The notes: generated by a model not told the origin, from the letters alone. A DNA stretch of 64,000 bases from Alphaproteobacteria bacterium (GCA_965232515.1 CBDDPY010000002.1:2816001-2880000); one strand, 5' to 3'. Positions 1 to 10,422 are shown, numbered from the stretch's first letter. A program made the numbers and translations.

Positions 1-325
1 CGACATCGAGCGCCCGCCGGCAGGCCGCCTCGGCCGCCGAAGACTGATCCTGCGCCAGCAGCACGGTGGCGTAGTTTGCCTGGGCGTCTGCGAAGTCCGG
101 GTAGACGGCCGCCGCCTTGCCGAGCATGGAAAGCGCCGTTGCGGGATCGCCCGACTGAAAGGCCGCCATGCCGCCCAGGTTCAACGCATCCCGGTTGTCG
201 GGCCGGTCCGCCAGCACGGACCGATAGAGCGTCAAGGCGTCGTCGATCCGCCCAGACCGATGATGCGCGACCGCCTGTTGCAGCCGGCCGAATACCTCTT
301 CGTCGCTGGAAGCGCCCGCCGTCAT
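1..325 (-). CDS. Tetratricopeptide repeat protein (N-terminal part; runs off the window edge)
   Basis: Not in the ORF track. Manual translation from ATG at 325 gives MTAGASSDEEVFGRLQQAVAHHRSGRIDDALTLYRSVLADRPDNRDALNLGGMAAFQSGDPATALSMLGKAAAVYPDFADAQANYATVLL..., a typical TPR periodicity. The frame is open to the edge. Confidence 0.8.
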   Translation of the reverse strand, partial: MTAGASSDEEVFGRLQQAVAHHRSGRIDDALTLYRSVLADRPDNRDALNLGGMAAFQSGDPATALSMLGKAAAVYPDFADAQANYATVLLAQDQSSAAEAACRRALDV

Positions 326-433
326 TCCGGCACCTGCTTATCGCGTTTCGTCAGCACCAACGCCACCTGTTGACGCAACAAAGCGCAGGCAATCGGGAAA
401 GGCAATCCCGCACGCGACGGCTGCGACAATCGG

Positions 434-1198
434 TCAGAGCGCAATGGGTTCGTAACGCGCCTGATCCGGCCGGCCGGCGGCGAACAGCCAGCGCGGCGAC
501 TGCCGTTCCGATGTCAGTGACGTCGGCGGCACCGGCAACGCGATCAGCGAGCTGGAGGTCGTCCCGAAGCCCCAATCCGTCGCGATCGACATGGCCGCGG
601 CCGGCCCGTCGGCGGCATCGAACGAGGTATCGGCGAGGACGTCCTGCCAGGCCCGCCACTCGTCCACCTCCGGCGCCGGCTCGTCGGCGGCCTCGAACCT
701 GGGCAGATAGCGCCGGGTCCGCGCGCACGCGGGATCGTTCCGGTCGTGGGCCGTCAGCACGCTGAGACCGGTCGGCAGCGGCATCACCTCGATCCCCGCG
801 GCATTGTCGGCGTTGCGCAGCCAGAACGCCGCGTCTACGTCGGCAACGATCAGGTTGAAGCTGCGATAGGCATCGGGATCCAAATCCGCCAAGGCCCAGG
901 CCGCGGCAGACGCCTCGGCATGGTCGAGCGCCTCCAGCACCAGCTCGCCACGACTGCGTTTGTTCGATTGCGGTCCCAGACTGCCGGTACGGTTGAGGAT
1001 GGCAGCCAGCACGCCGTCGTCGTTGAGGCCCAGCCAGGTGCCGCCCGCCAGATGGTCGAGGCCGGCCACGACATCGGGGCGGTCCGGCCAGTGGCGCGCC
1101 GGCGGCGCCCAGGGCCGGTCTGTCATCTCGTCACGGTTGGCGGCGAACAGCACCGGCCAGGCATGGCCCGGGCGACGCAACAAAACGGCGGTGCACAT
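434..1198 (-). CDS. NRDE/TANGO2 family protein
   Basis: Starts MCT, contains AANRDE, GGTWLG, SRGELV and a C-terminal FGTTSSS. The true start is the ATG at 1198, just after the enolase stop. Confidence 0.9.
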   Translation of the reverse strand: MCTAVLLRRPGHAWPVLFAANRDEMTDRPWAPPARHWPDRPDVVAGLDHLAGGTWLGLNDDGVLAAILNRTGSLGPQSNKRSRGELVLEALDHAEASAAAWALADLDPDAYRSFNLIVADVDAAFWLRNADNAAGIEVMPLPTGLSVLTAHDRNDPACARTRRYLPRFEAADEPAPEVDEWRAWQDVLADTSFDAADGPAAAMSIATDWGFGTTSSSLIALPVPPTSLTSERQSPRWLFAAGRPDQARYEPIAL

Positions 1199-1202
1199 GC
1201 GG

Positions 1203-2288
1203 TCAGGCGCGCAGGGCCGCAAGCCCGTCCCAGTCGAACGCGACGCCGTGGCCGGGCCGTTCCGACGCGGTCGCGTAGCCGTCGACGATCTCCAGCGGCT
1301 CGGCGATGAAACGCTCGAGCCCAAACCCGTGCACTTCAAGGAAGGAGGCGTTCGGCACGGCGGCCAACAGATGCACGTGCAGGTCATGCACGCCGTGCGA
1401 CGTGACCGGCAGGTTATGCGCCTCGGCCAGATGCGCGACCTTCATCCAGGGCGTGATGCCGCCACAGTTCGAGACATCCGGCTCGGGGAAATCGACGCCG
1501 CCGGCGGCGATCATCTGGCGGAATTCATGCAGGGTACGGAAGTTCTCGCCGGTGGCGATCGGCAGCGGTGCTTCCTGCGCGATCCTCACGTGGCCAGGCA
1601 CGTCATCGGGAATGGTCGGCTCCTCCAGCCAGAATACGTCATGTTCGGCCAGCGCGCGGGACGCGCGGATCGCCTCGTCGACGCGCCAGCGCATATTGGC
1701 GTCGACCAGCAGCGGGACATCGGGCCCAAGCCGTTCGCGCATGGCGGCGACGCGTTCCACGTCCTCATGCAGCCGCGGCCGCCCGACCTTCATTTTTATC
1801 GCCCGAAAACCTTTCGCGATATTGTCGTCCGTTTGCTGCAACAGCGCGTCAAGCGTGAACTGCAGATCGATTCCGCCGGCATAGGCCTTGACCCGCGGGT
1901 CGTGGCCGCCGAGCAGGCGCCAGAGCGGCGTCCGCAGCCGGCACGCTTTCAGATCCCAGAGCGCAATGTCGATCGCGGCCATGGCGAAGCTGCCCGCGCC
2001 GCCGCGTCCGGCATAATGCATGCCCCACCACATGCGTTTCCAAAGCGCTTCGATCCGGTCGCCGTCCTTGCCGAGCAGCAGCGGCTTCAGATCGCCGTCG
2101 ATCAGCCGATGGATCGCCGCCGCGCCGGGGCCGACCGTATAGGTGTAACCGAGCCCCGTGGCGCCGTCGGCGTCCCGCAACCGCACCGTCACCAGATCGA
2201 AAAACGGGATGTCGCCGTGCGTGGAGTCCGACAGCGTCACCGGCAGTGGGATGCGGTAATGATCCGCGGTCAGTTCGGCAATGGTCAT
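1203..2288 (-). CDS. Mandelate racemase/muconate lactonizing enzyme family (enolase superfamily) dehydratase
   Basis: AIDIALWDLKA, KMK, metal ligands in DAN/WLEEP/TGEN and a catalytic His (TSH). GGAG RBS before ATG 2288. Confidence 0.92.
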   Translation of the reverse strand: MTIAELTADHYRIPLPVTLSDSTHGDIPFFDLVTVRLRDADGATGLGYTYTVGPGAAAIHRLIDGDLKPLLLGKDGDRIEALWKRMWWGMHYAGRGGAGSFAMAAIDIALWDLKACRLRTPLWRLLGGHDPRVKAYAGGIDLQFTLDALLQQTDDNIAKGFRAIKMKVGRPRLHEDVERVAAMRERLGPDVPLLVDANMRWRVDEAIRASRALAEHDVFWLEEPTIPDDVPGHVRIAQEAPLPIATGENFRTLHEFRQMIAAGGVDFPEPDVSNCGGITPWMKVAHLAEAHNLPVTSHGVHDLHVHLLAAVPNASFLEVHGFGLERFIAEPLEIVDGYATASERPGHGVAFDWDGLAALRA

Positions 2289-2326
2289 CCGGCTCTCCAC
2301 TCAATGTCGGCCGTGAAAGACTAGCA

Positions 2327-3307
2327 CTAAGCCAAGCGGTCGTCCGGGCCGACCAGAGACCGGGGCGCCTCGCCGCCGAGCGCGCGGCGGATGTTCTCGG
2401 CGGCACGTCGAAGACCGATCGCTCCGGCGCCCGGCACGGACGCCGAGTTGTGCGGTGAGGCCAGCACGTTCGGCAGGTCGAGAAACGGGTGGTCCATGCG
2501 GAACGCGCCGTGGCGGATGGGTTCGACCCACCAGGCGTCGACGCAGGCGGTAAAGTCGGGGTTTTCTTTCAGGTGCGCATAAAGCGCCGCCTCGTCGATA
2601 ATCTCGCCGCGCGCCAGATTGACCAGGATCGCGTCCGGCCGCATGCGGGCCAGCTCTTGCGGACCGATCAGACCCGTCGTCGACCGCGTCAACGGCGTTG
2701 CAATGACGAGAACGTCGGCGGCGCGCAACACCTCGCCCAGCGCTTCCGGCGGGCCGATGAACTCGACCGGCTGATCCGTGACGCCGCTCCGGTTGATCGC
2801 CATGACCCGCATGCCGAGCCCCCGCGCCAGGCGCGCCGTCGCCTGGCCGACACCGCCAAACCCGACGATGCCGCAGACGCCGCCGCCGAGCATTCTGTTG
2901 GCGGCGAATTGATTGAACTGACCCGCCTGCAGGTTCCGATGCTCGATCAGCAGCCGCTTCGACGCCGCGAGCGCCATGGCCATGCCATGCTCGGCCATCG
3001 GTTCGGCATAGGCGCCCGCATTGCAGGCGATAGGGAGACCGGCGGGCAGCCGGTCAAGCCGGATGAAATCGATGCCGGCGGAAACGAACTGCAAGAGCTT
3101 GGCGCCGGCGATCAGGGCGCACTCGTCATCGTGCAGTTCGTGATCCGTATTGCGGGACAGCACGGCGGCAGCGCCAGCCAGCAGGGCCGCGCGCTCCGAC
3201 TCCGAGGCATCGCCGAGATAGACCGGCTCGGCGCCACCGCCAAGCCCGGCGGCGATCGCCGCGCGCGCATCGCCGTTCGCCTTAAACAGGACAGCTACGT
3301 TATCCAT
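2327..3307 (-). CDS. D-isomer-specific 2-hydroxyacid dehydrogenase
   Basis: GIVGFGGVG Rossmann motif, LVNLARGEIIDE, DAWWVEP and SPH catalytic motifs. Confidence 0.9.
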   Translation of the reverse strand: MDNVAVLFKANGDARAAIAAGLGGGAEPVYLGDASESERAALLAGAAAVLSRNTDHELHDDECALIAGAKLLQFVSAGIDFIRLDRLPAGLPIACNAGAYAEPMAEHGMAMALAASKRLLIEHRNLQAGQFNQFAANRMLGGGVCGIVGFGGVGQATARLARGLGMRVMAINRSGVTDQPVEFIGPPEALGEVLRAADVLVIATPLTRSTTGLIGPQELARMRPDAILVNLARGEIIDEAALYAHLKENPDFTACVDAWWVEPIRHGAFRMDHPFLDLPNVLASPHNSASVPGAGAIGLRRAAENIRRALGGEAPRSLVGPDDRLA

Positions 3308-3369
3308 GACGCCATCGTACACGCGGCGGCTGGCTGACCATGGTGCAAACGCCGACTGCCGGAACCGCG

Positions 3370-3864
3370 TCAGTCGCTGAACATGCCGATGCTGAAGACG
3401 AGGAATTCGAAGACCTCGTCTTCAGGCACCCGCCAGCCGACGTACACGCTGGTCTTCCGCGTCTGATCGTTCGGCGCGAATTCGCGCGCGCCGCTGGTCA
3501 CGTACCAGCCCTGCGCGTCCGGCAGGCCGATCACGCTGGTCGTGAAGTCACTGTGCGAAGGTTCCGGATTGTCGCCGATATAGTAGGTCGGCACCCAGTC
3601 ATCGGTACTGGCGAACAGCGGCTTGAACTGCAGCTCGAAGCGGATCTTGCGCCAAACCGTCTGATCGCGGATCAGCAGGTGCACGTCGTGGGACTTGGTC
3701 AGACTGATCAGCGAGGTGCCGGCTTCGGTGCGCAAATGCAGTCCCTCCTCGGTCAGGGTCTGCGTCACGCCGTCGCTGTAGACCTCCCAGCCTTCCATAT
3801 GCATGCAGGCGAATGGGGTCACGTTGAACGCCGAGCTTACCTTCGCGCGTGCGCGTCCCAGCAT
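3370..3864 (-). CDS. Hypothetical protein (start uncertain)
   Basis: Fills the gap between genes, has coding-like codon bias and a beta-rich composition. No recognised motif. Confidence 0.55.
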   Translation of the reverse strand: MLGRARAKVSSAFNVTPFACMHMEGWEVYSDGVTQTLTEEGLHLRTEAGTSLISLTKSHDVHLLIRDQTVWRKIRFELQFKPLFASTDDWVPTYYIGDNPEPSHSDFTTSVIGLPDAQGWYVTSGAREFAPNDQTRKTSVYVGWRVPEDEVFEFLVFSIGMFSD

Positions 3865-4021
3865 GCCGCACCTTTTCGGCTGATCCTCGATCGTCCGGTC
3901 ACATGCGGGCCGCCAAGCGGCGGCGAATAGACCGAATCAACCGCTAAACAAGCACGGGGGTCGGGCCAGGGCAAGCCTGGCCAGGAACAATTCAGACGGG
4001 GAAACAGATTGGCGGAAACAG

Positions 4022-4058
4022 AAAACGCCCCGCGTGCCGTGACGGCGCGCGGGGCGTT
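4022..4058 (-). terminator. Probable intrinsic terminator downstream of 4085..4363
   Basis: 16-bp GC-rich inverted repeat (4024-4039/4043-4058, one mismatch) followed by a T-rich run on the minus strand. Confidence 0.65.
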
Positions 4059-4084
4059 GTCGACCACCCTGTGCTGAGCTGTGC

Positions 4085-4363
4085 TTAACGCACCAGTTCG
4101 CGCCGCAGGCCGTGATAGACCCGTGTCGGCGGCGATCTGAACTCAACTTCGACCCAACGCGGCGCGCCGCTTTGAGTCTGCAACCGCCAGGTATCGCCGG
4201 TTTCGCGGTCGAGCAGCAGCACGCCGCCGCCTTCCGCCGTAACGATCTGATAACGCGGCGCTTCCGATACCTGCAATAGAGACGTCTCTTGCGCGGCAAG
4301 TGGCGCCGCCACGCCCAAACCGACCGTTATCGCGACGGCCGCAAAAAACTTCGATCTCATCAT
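4085..4363 (-). CDS. Small secreted hypothetical protein
   Basis: Sec signal peptide (MRSKFF...PLAAQ), GAGGA RBS and an LLLDRETGDTW beta-hairpin motif. Confidence 0.75.
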   Translation of the reverse strand: MMRSKFFAAVAITVGLGVAAPLAAQETSLLQVSEAPRYQIVTAEGGGVLLLDRETGDTWRLQTQSGAPRWVEVEFRSPPTRVYHGLRRELVR

Positions 4364-4434
4364 GCTGTTGTCCTCATTACCCTGCGGACATGATTTTGCA
4401 AAAATTTTATGAATTTTAAAAGGAATTATTTATT

Positions 4435-4451
4435 GTTAACTAATAATTAAC
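4435..4451. promoter_or_regulatory. CtrA binding site (TTAA-N7-TTAAC)
   Basis: GTTAA-ctaataa-TTAAC matches the consensus on both strands in an AT-rich divergent intergenic region, with GANTC sites nearby. Confidence 0.7.
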
Positions 4452-4920
4452 CATGATTCGAGTTTTTATACTTAACAAGAATCAAGAAAATCTCAGATTT
4501 CGACCTAAAGTTGGAATGTTCCTGAAAAGAAGACAGTAACGTGCAAATTTCTTCAGATGACGCGCCGCAAACCAGAATTCGAATTCCCAAATCGCGGAAC
4601 CTTTTAACATCGACAACATGGTGTCTTCGGTTCAATATCGACCCTATAGGGGGCGCTGATGGTTGGGGCGACGTATGAGCAGAGCGTTAGCGGTCTGCGA
4701 AACGACGATGGCGCGATCACGCCGCTTGATGCTGCAAGGGCACGGCGACGAAGCGGCCAAGACGGCCGCACGCATTTACGACTGCCGCGGGCGCGCGTCC
4801 CTGAGATGCCCAAGGGCCCGGATCTGCGCCAAGCGATTTCCGGCGCCGACGCTGACGTCGACAACCAAGCCTGACGAACCGGGCCTGCTCGTCACGGACA
4901 CGCCGGCCCGAAACATCATC

Positions 4921-5451
4921 GTGAACGGCCATCGCACGCGGCACGGCGTCATCAACGTCGAAACGGCGGCCGACAAGCTTGGCAACGAAATCGTGGTTCG
5001 AACCTTGGACCTGGATCTCGCCCGCGGCTATGAGGACTCCGGCATGCGCACGTTCCTCGCCATGTACGAGGAGATGCGGCGGCCGACCTTCGACGACATC
5101 GGTTTCGACAGGCTGGCACAGCATTCCTGGATGCCCTGGCTCTACCGCATGGGCTTCGAGGACCCGAACAACCCCCGTTATCTCCATTGCGGCGACGGTA
5201 TCGTCAACCATTTCGGCGCCAATCATACCGGCCGCACGCTCGGCGACCTGGGCAGCGACAGTCATCGCCTGGTCATGGGTGGCATCAGCCGGAAGGTTCG
5301 TGTCGAGGGCCGGCCGCACTACGGGCGCATTACGCGGGTGCTGAGGGTGCCGGGCGCGATCCCCAGCCTGAGCTATCGGCGTCTGGAAGTTCCGATCTTC
5401 GACGGTGCGTCGGTGACCGGATCATTGGTCTACTTCTCGGCGGAGTGCTGA
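4921..5451 (+). CDS. Stand-alone PAS-like (PAS_5-type) domain protein; start uncertain (frame open from 4663)
   Basis: Pattern RPTFDDI..RYLHCGDGIVNHFGANHTGRTL..YRRLEVPIFDG resembles alphaproteobacterial PAS_5 proteins. Confidence 0.6.
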   Translation: MNGHRTRHGVINVETAADKLGNEIVVRTLDLDLARGYEDSGMRTFLAMYEEMRRPTFDDIGFDRLAQHSWMPWLYRMGFEDPNNPRYLHCGDGIVNHFGANHTGRTLGDLGSDSHRLVMGGISRKVRVEGRPHYGRITRVLRVPGAIPSLSYRRLEVPIFDGASVTGSLVYFSAEC

Positions 5452-6150
5452 GGTGTCGTCGGCGAGCTGGTCGAGCATCTCCGCGCGGCTGATGGCGTTG
5501 CAGTAGACGTCGTACTCGAGACCGAGCGGCTCGAACACGCCCGTCGAAAACAGCGTCGTGCTGGTATAGCCATAGACGCGCCGTTGCACGCCGTTGTCGG
5601 CCATGGCGCGGTCAACCAGGCCCGTGCACCAATCGACCTGCCAGTCGCGCATCGCCAACGCGCGGGGGATACGGGTGAGATACCAGGTCAAACGGCGACC
5701 GGAAAAATCATTCCCGCGCCATGGCGGTCGGACAACCGCAGCGCCGCCATGGCCGACGCGTCCCCGGATCGGCGGCATCGACGGGTCGTCGACAAAACCG
5801 CCGAGCGGTGTCGGCGGCGCACCGTCCGGACCACCCCAGAGCGTCCCCTCGCGCAGAACCTGCTTGTAGTCATCGCAGACGTCGAGCCGCTGGCAGGTCC
5901 AGGCAATGGTGTCGTCGCCGATGCGCATGCGAAACCAGCGCGCGACAAACGCATCCGGTGAGTGCCGACGCGGATCGAACCCCGGATAGATGAACCGGGC
6001 GACATCGCGATGCCGCTCCGCCGTCTCGAGCCAGCGCCAGAGATCGTCGTCGGCGGTGACCACAATGTCATGCCGGGCCAGGACGCGTTCGGCCAGACCA
6101 AGAAAAATCTCGATCCGGTCCAGGTCATCGTCTGTCAGATCGCCCGCCAC
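5422..6150 (-). CDS. Hypothetical protein, possible GNAT/acyltransferase-like fold
   Basis: AVVRPPWRGN..LTWYL resembles GNAT motif A (V.P..RG.G). Coding-like composition. Confidence 0.6.
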   Translation of the reverse strand: MAGDLTDDDLDRIEIFLGLAERVLARHDIVVTADDDLWRWLETAERHRDVARFIYPGFDPRRHSPDAFVARWFRMRIGDDTIAWTCQRLDVCDDYKQVLREGTLWGGPDGAPPTPLGGFVDDPSMPPIRGRVGHGGAAVVRPPWRGNDFSGRRLTWYLTRIPRALAMRDWQVDWCTGLVDRAMADNGVQRRVYGYTSTTLFSTGVFEPLGLEYDVYCNAISRAEMLDQLADDTSALRREVDQ

Positions 6151-6205
6151 ACCCCCGTCACCACGGCTCGCTTTGGCGGCCGGTCAGCTCGGACCGGCCG
6201 ATCGG

Positions 6206-6397
6206 TCAGTGTCTAGTGGCCTCCAGCTCGTGAGCGTCTTCGACCACGGCAAGGTTTGCCACCTCGATCAAATGCGCCACCAGCTTGAAGTCCGCCCGAA
6301 GCGCGGCGTCGCGCAGCGCCGAGAGCGCCGACTGCAACTCACGCGCGGTAAGTGAACGCTCGACCACGTCCATACCGCCCCCCACCGCGTTTTCCAT
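6206..6397 (-). CDS. Small helical hypothetical protein
   Basis: AGGAG RBS upstream. Amphipathic helical sequence LVAHLIEVANLAV. Confidence 0.55.
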   Translation of the reverse strand: MENAVGGGMDVVERSLTARELQSALSALRDAALRADFKLVAHLIEVANLAVVEDAHELEATRH

Positions 6398-6536
6398 CGT
6401 ACGTCTCCTATCGTCCTGCTTTCATCTCGAATTGCGAACATCGCCGTTGATGAATCTTGGCGCTAATTGGTGTCCGCGCCTAGCCTGTCTTACGACGTAC
6501 GGCATTTGACGTACACGAAGGGGCGTGATTCGAGCG

Positions 6537-7178
6537 TTAATCTCGGCTGGGATGAATATCCGCGGCCAATGCCAGACGAATAAGTTCAGGCGTGCTTCGC
6601 GCCTGCATCTTGCGGCTGATACGCGAGAGATAAACTTCGACCGTACGGTGACTGATCCCGAGGCGCGCCGCGATCTCCTTTCGCCGCGCGCCACTCACCA
6701 GATGCCGCAACACCTCGACCTCACGATCGGACAATGACAGGAATCGATCCGCGGCGATGCTGTCGCGGTTACGGCGCACGGCCGCCGGCTGTGCCTCCCG
6801 CCGCCCCTGCTCCAGGCTGTCGAGCAGGATCGCCGGCGATGCCGGGCGCTCGATGTAGTCGTAGGCGCCAGCCCGCAACGCCCGGACCGCGAGCCGGACC
6901 TCGTTCGGACCGAGCAGCACGGTCGGTCGAACGAAGAGACCGCTGCCGCGAAGTTGGTCAAGGATCGCAAAACCGTCCATATCCGGCAGGTCGGCGTCGA
7001 TCAGCAGGCCCGAGATCGTGCCGATGTCGGCGACGTCGAGGAAATCCCAGGCACTGAGGTAGTTTACGGCCGTGTAGCCATTTTCTTCCAGCAACGCGGA
7101 GAGCGATTCGGCATCCTCGCGACTGCCGACGACGATCGCGATCTGCCTCGATTCCGGTCTGCAACTGCTTGCCGACAT
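6537..7178 (-). CDS. FixJ/LuxR-family response regulator with atypical receiver domain
   Basis: Receiver (LIDADLPDMDG, AVRALRAGAYDYIERP) plus LuxR HTH (LSDREVEVLR..KEIAARLGISHRTVEVY). Confidence 0.88.
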   Translation of the reverse strand: MSASSCRPESRQIAIVVGSREDAESLSALLEENGYTAVNYLSAWDFLDVADIGTISGLLIDADLPDMDGFAILDQLRGSGLFVRPTVLLGPNEVRLAVRALRAGAYDYIERPASPAILLDSLEQGRREAQPAAVRRNRDSIAADRFLSLSDREVEVLRHLVSGARRKEIAARLGISHRTVEVYLSRISRKMQARSTPELIRLALAADIHPSRD

Positions 7179-7322
7179 CGCCTCACCGCTGCCCGTGCGG
7201 GATATACTTGGTTGGCTGACGCCAATCAGATTCCCCACGCCAAGCTTTGAAAAGCATTGCATATACTAACGCCTGACGGCGCGTCACGTCAGCGTGGATC
7301 AATAATTAAAAAGGATTGTGAA

Positions 7323-7934
7323 ATGAGGCTTTTCAACTCCGTGGGACCGAACCCGAAAGTCGTGCGCATGTTCCTCGCAGAAAAAAATCTGACTCTACCT
7401 GTGATTGAGATCGATCTGCGTGGCGGCGAGAACCGGCAGGCGCCCTATACCGACAAAAATCCGTCCGGCCAATGCCCTTGCCTGGAACTCGACAACGGCA
7501 CCTATCTCTCTGAAATCACTGCCATTTGCGAGTATATCGAGGACAAGCAGCCAGCGCCGACACTGATCGGATCGACGCCAGAAGAAAAGGCGGAGACCCG
7601 AATGTGGGTGCGGCGCATCGATTTGAACATCCTCGAGCCCATGGCCAACGGATTCCGCTATTCAACCGGCTTGAAGATGTTCCAGGAACGGATTCACTGC
7701 ATCCCGCAAGCGGCCGACGACCTGAAAACGTCGGCGCAGGAAAAACTGGCATGGCTCGACGGCCTGATGGCGGACAGAGCCTACGTCTGCGGCGACCGAT
7801 TCACGCTGGCCGACATCATGCTGTTCGTCTTCGTCGATTTCTTCAACGGCATCGACCAGCCGATGAATCCCGATCTGAAAAACATCGCCGCCTGGCATGG
7901 CCGCATCAAGGAACGCGACAGCGCTAACGCTTAG
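7323..7934 (+). CDS. Glutathione S-transferase family protein
   Basis: [34 protein letters not shown] and GDRFTLADI motifs. AAGGA RBS. Confidence 0.93.
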   Translation: MRLFNSVGPNPKVVRMFLAEKNLTLPVIEIDLRGGENRQAPYTDKNPSGQCPCLELDNGTYLSEITAICEYIEDKQPAPTLIGSTPEEKAETRMWVRRIDLNILEPMANGFRYSTGLKMFQERIHCIPQAADDLKTSAQEKLAWLDGLMADRAYVCGDRFTLADIMLFVFVDFFNGIDQPMNPDLKNIAAWHGRIKERDSANA

Positions 7935-10287
7935 CCCGTAACGCCGACCAGATGCGTTCCGGCGTCGCCGGCATGTCGATATGCGTGATGCCGAACTCGG
8001 CCAGCGCATCGACCAGCGCGTTCATCACCGCCGGCAACGCGCCGGTGACGCCGGCCTCGCCGCAACCCTTGACGCCGAGCGCGTTGGTCGTGGCCGGCAC
8101 CGGATGCGAGGCGAAGCCGAAGTCCGGCACCTGGTCGGCGCGCGGCATGGCGTAGTCCATGAACGAGCCGTTGAGCAGTTGGCCCTCGCCGTCGTAGACC
8201 GCCTGCTCCATCAACGCCTGGCCGATGCCCTGGACGACGCCGCCATGCACCTGACCCTCGACCAGCATGGGGTTGACCAGCGTGCCGAAATCGTCGACCA
8301 CGACATAACCCGCGATCTCGACGGCGCCGGTCTCGGGATCGACCTCGAGCTCGCAGACGTGACAGCCGTTCGGATAGCTTGACGGCCCGGTGTCGGCGAT
8401 CAGCGAGGCATCGAGGTTCGCCGGCACATCGTCCGGCAGGTCGCCCGCCGCGCGCGCGCGGCGCGCGAGATCCATGATCGGGATCGTGCGGTCGGTGCCG
8501 GCCACGCGGAAAACGCCGTCGGCGAAATCGATGTCCTCGACGGCCGCCTCCAGGAAATGCCCAGCCAGCTGCCGGCCCTGGGCGATGACCTGGTCACCGG
8601 CCTGCAGGATGGCGTTGCCGCTGGCCATGGTGGAGCGCGAACCGCCGGTGCCGCCGCCGGCGATCAGTTCGTCGCTGTCGCCCTGCAGCAAGCGCACCTG
8701 CTCGAACGGCACGCCCAGCTTGTCGTGCAGGATCTGCGCGAACGTCGCGGCGTGACCCTGGCCGTAGTTCAGCGTGCCGGTGATGATGGTCACGCCGCCG
8801 TCGGCATCGAAGCGGATACCGCCCATTTCCTTGCCGGGCGGCGCCGTGACCTCGAGATAGCTGGCAAGCCCGATTCCGCGCAGCCTGCCGCGTTCGCGCG
8901 CCGCCGCCCGCCGGGCCGGAAAGCCCGACCAATCGGCCGCCTCTAGGCATTCGTCCATCAGCGCCGCGAAGTCGCCGCTGTCGTAGACCTGGCCCGAGGC
9001 GGCCGTGAACGGCATGGCGTCTGACGGGATCATGTTGCGGCGGCGCAGCGCGACGGGGTCGTGTCCGGTTTCGCGCGCCGCCTTGTCGATCAGCCGCTCC
9101 ATATAGTAGTTCGCTTCCGGCCGGCCGGCGCCGCGATAGGCGCTGACCGACGTGGTGTTAGTGAACACGCATTTCATGCGCACGGCGATGGCCGGCGTGC
9201 GGTAACAGCTCGGCAGGTTCTTGTGGATGTTGCCGGACTGCACGTTGGGGCCGACGGTCGACAGGTAGGCGCCCATATTGGCGAAGCCGGTGATGCGCGC
9301 GGCCAGGAAGTTGCCGTCGGCATCCAGCGCCAGTTCGGCGTCGACCAGACTGTCGCGGCCGTGCTGGTCGGAAAGAAAACTCTCGCTCCGCTCGTCGCAC
9401 CATTTCACCGGCCGGCCCAGCGCCCGGGCGGCATGCAGCAGCGCGACATATTCCGGGTACGGCGGCGCCTTCATGCCGAACGAACCGCCGACATCGTAGA
9501 TGCGCACGCGCATCTTCTCGGGCGGCACCTTGAGAATGTTGTTGGCAAGCGAATTGCGCAGCCCGAACGCGCCCTGCGCGCCGACATGCAGCGTGAAGCG
9601 TTCCTCGGCCGGGTCGTATTCGGCGACGGCCGCGCGCGGTTCCAGCGCCGCCACGACCAGACGGTTGTTGTCGATCCTGAGCCGCGTCACGTGCGCGGCC
9701 TCCGCAAAGGCGCGCTCGACGGCCTCAACGTCGCCGTTCTTCCAGTCGAGGCAGATATTGTTAGGCGCCTCGTCGGGCCAGATCTGCGAAGCGTCCGGTG
9801 CCACCGCCTGCTCGACCGTGGTCACCGCCGGCAGCGGATCGATATCGAGCATGACCAGCTCCGCCGCGTCCTTGGCCTGCGCCGGCGTCTCGGCGACGAC
9901 CAGCGCCACGGGATCGCCGAGATGTCGCACCCGCCCGACGGCGAGCGCCGGATGCGGCGGCACGATCAGCGGCCGGCCGTCATGGCTCTTTAGCGGCAAA
10001 GCGCAAGGCAGATCGCCGTAGTCAGTGAGATCGTCGGCGGTGTAGACCGCGAGCACGCCCGGCGCGGCGGACGCCTCGGACGTACCGAGCGTGTCGATAA
10101 CGCCGTGCGCGATCGTCGAACGGACCAGCACGCCGTAGACCTGCCGCGGCAAGTTGATGTCGTCGGCATAGCGGCCGCCGCCGGTCAACAGGCGCGGGTC
10201 CTCGGTACGTTTCACCGGTTGCCCGACGCCATACTTCTCGGTCCGCTCAAGCGGCGTGTCGACTACGTTCATCGTCGCAAATCCCAT
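7924..10287 (-). CDS. Xanthine dehydrogenase family molybdopterin-binding large subunit (CoxL form II-like)
   Basis: [50 protein letters not shown] and KGCGEAG motifs. Confidence 0.93.
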   Translation of the reverse strand: MGFATMNVVDTPLERTEKYGVGQPVKRTEDPRLLTGGGRYADDINLPRQVYGVLVRSTIAHGVIDTLGTSEASAAPGVLAVYTADDLTDYGDLPCALPLKSHDGRPLIVPPHPALAVGRVRHLGDPVALVVAETPAQAKDAAELVMLDIDPLPAVTTVEQAVAPDASQIWPDEAPNNICLDWKNGDVEAVERAFAEAAHVTRLRIDNNRLVVAALEPRAAVAEYDPAEERFTLHVGAQGAFGLRNSLANNILKVPPEKMRVRIYDVGGSFGMKAPPYPEYVALLHAARALGRPVKWCDERSESFLSDQHGRDSLVDAELALDADGNFLAARITGFANMGAYLSTVGPNVQSGNIHKNLPSCYRTPAIAVRMKCVFTNTTSVSAYRGAGRPEANYYMERLIDKAARETGHDPVALRRRNMIPSDAMPFTAASGQVYDSGDFAALMDECLEAADWSGFPARRAAARERGRLRGIGLASYLEVTAPPGKEMGGIRFDADGGVTIITGTLNYGQGHAATFAQILHDKLGVPFEQVRLLQGDSDELIAGGGTGGSRSTMASGNAILQAGDQVIAQGRQLAGHFLEAAVEDIDFADGVFRVAGTDRTIPIMDLARRARAAGDLPDDVPANLDASLIADTGPSSYPNGCHVCELEVDPETGAVEIAGYVVVDDFGTLVNPMLVEGQVHGGVVQGIGQALMEQAVYDGEGQLLNGSFMDYAMPRADQVPDFGFASHPVPATTNALGVKGCGEAGVTGALPAVMNALVDALAEFGITHIDMPATPERIWSALRAKR

Positions 10288-10422
10288 GTCGGAAGGCGCA
10301 TCCGCGGCCCGGAAGCGGCAGCCGCGGCACCACGCCACAAAGATCTAATGCAGAAGAGACGGAATGCTACACCAATTCCGCGCCCCGCCAACAGGTCATG
10401 CCGCTGCCATATCGGTGTGAGC

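Noticed and set aside
4659-4950. 71-aa ORF 4659..4874 and an RNIIVNGHRT segment reminiscent of an RHH_4 N-terminus
   Set aside because: The evidence is too short and ambiguous to call a gene, frameshift or domain.
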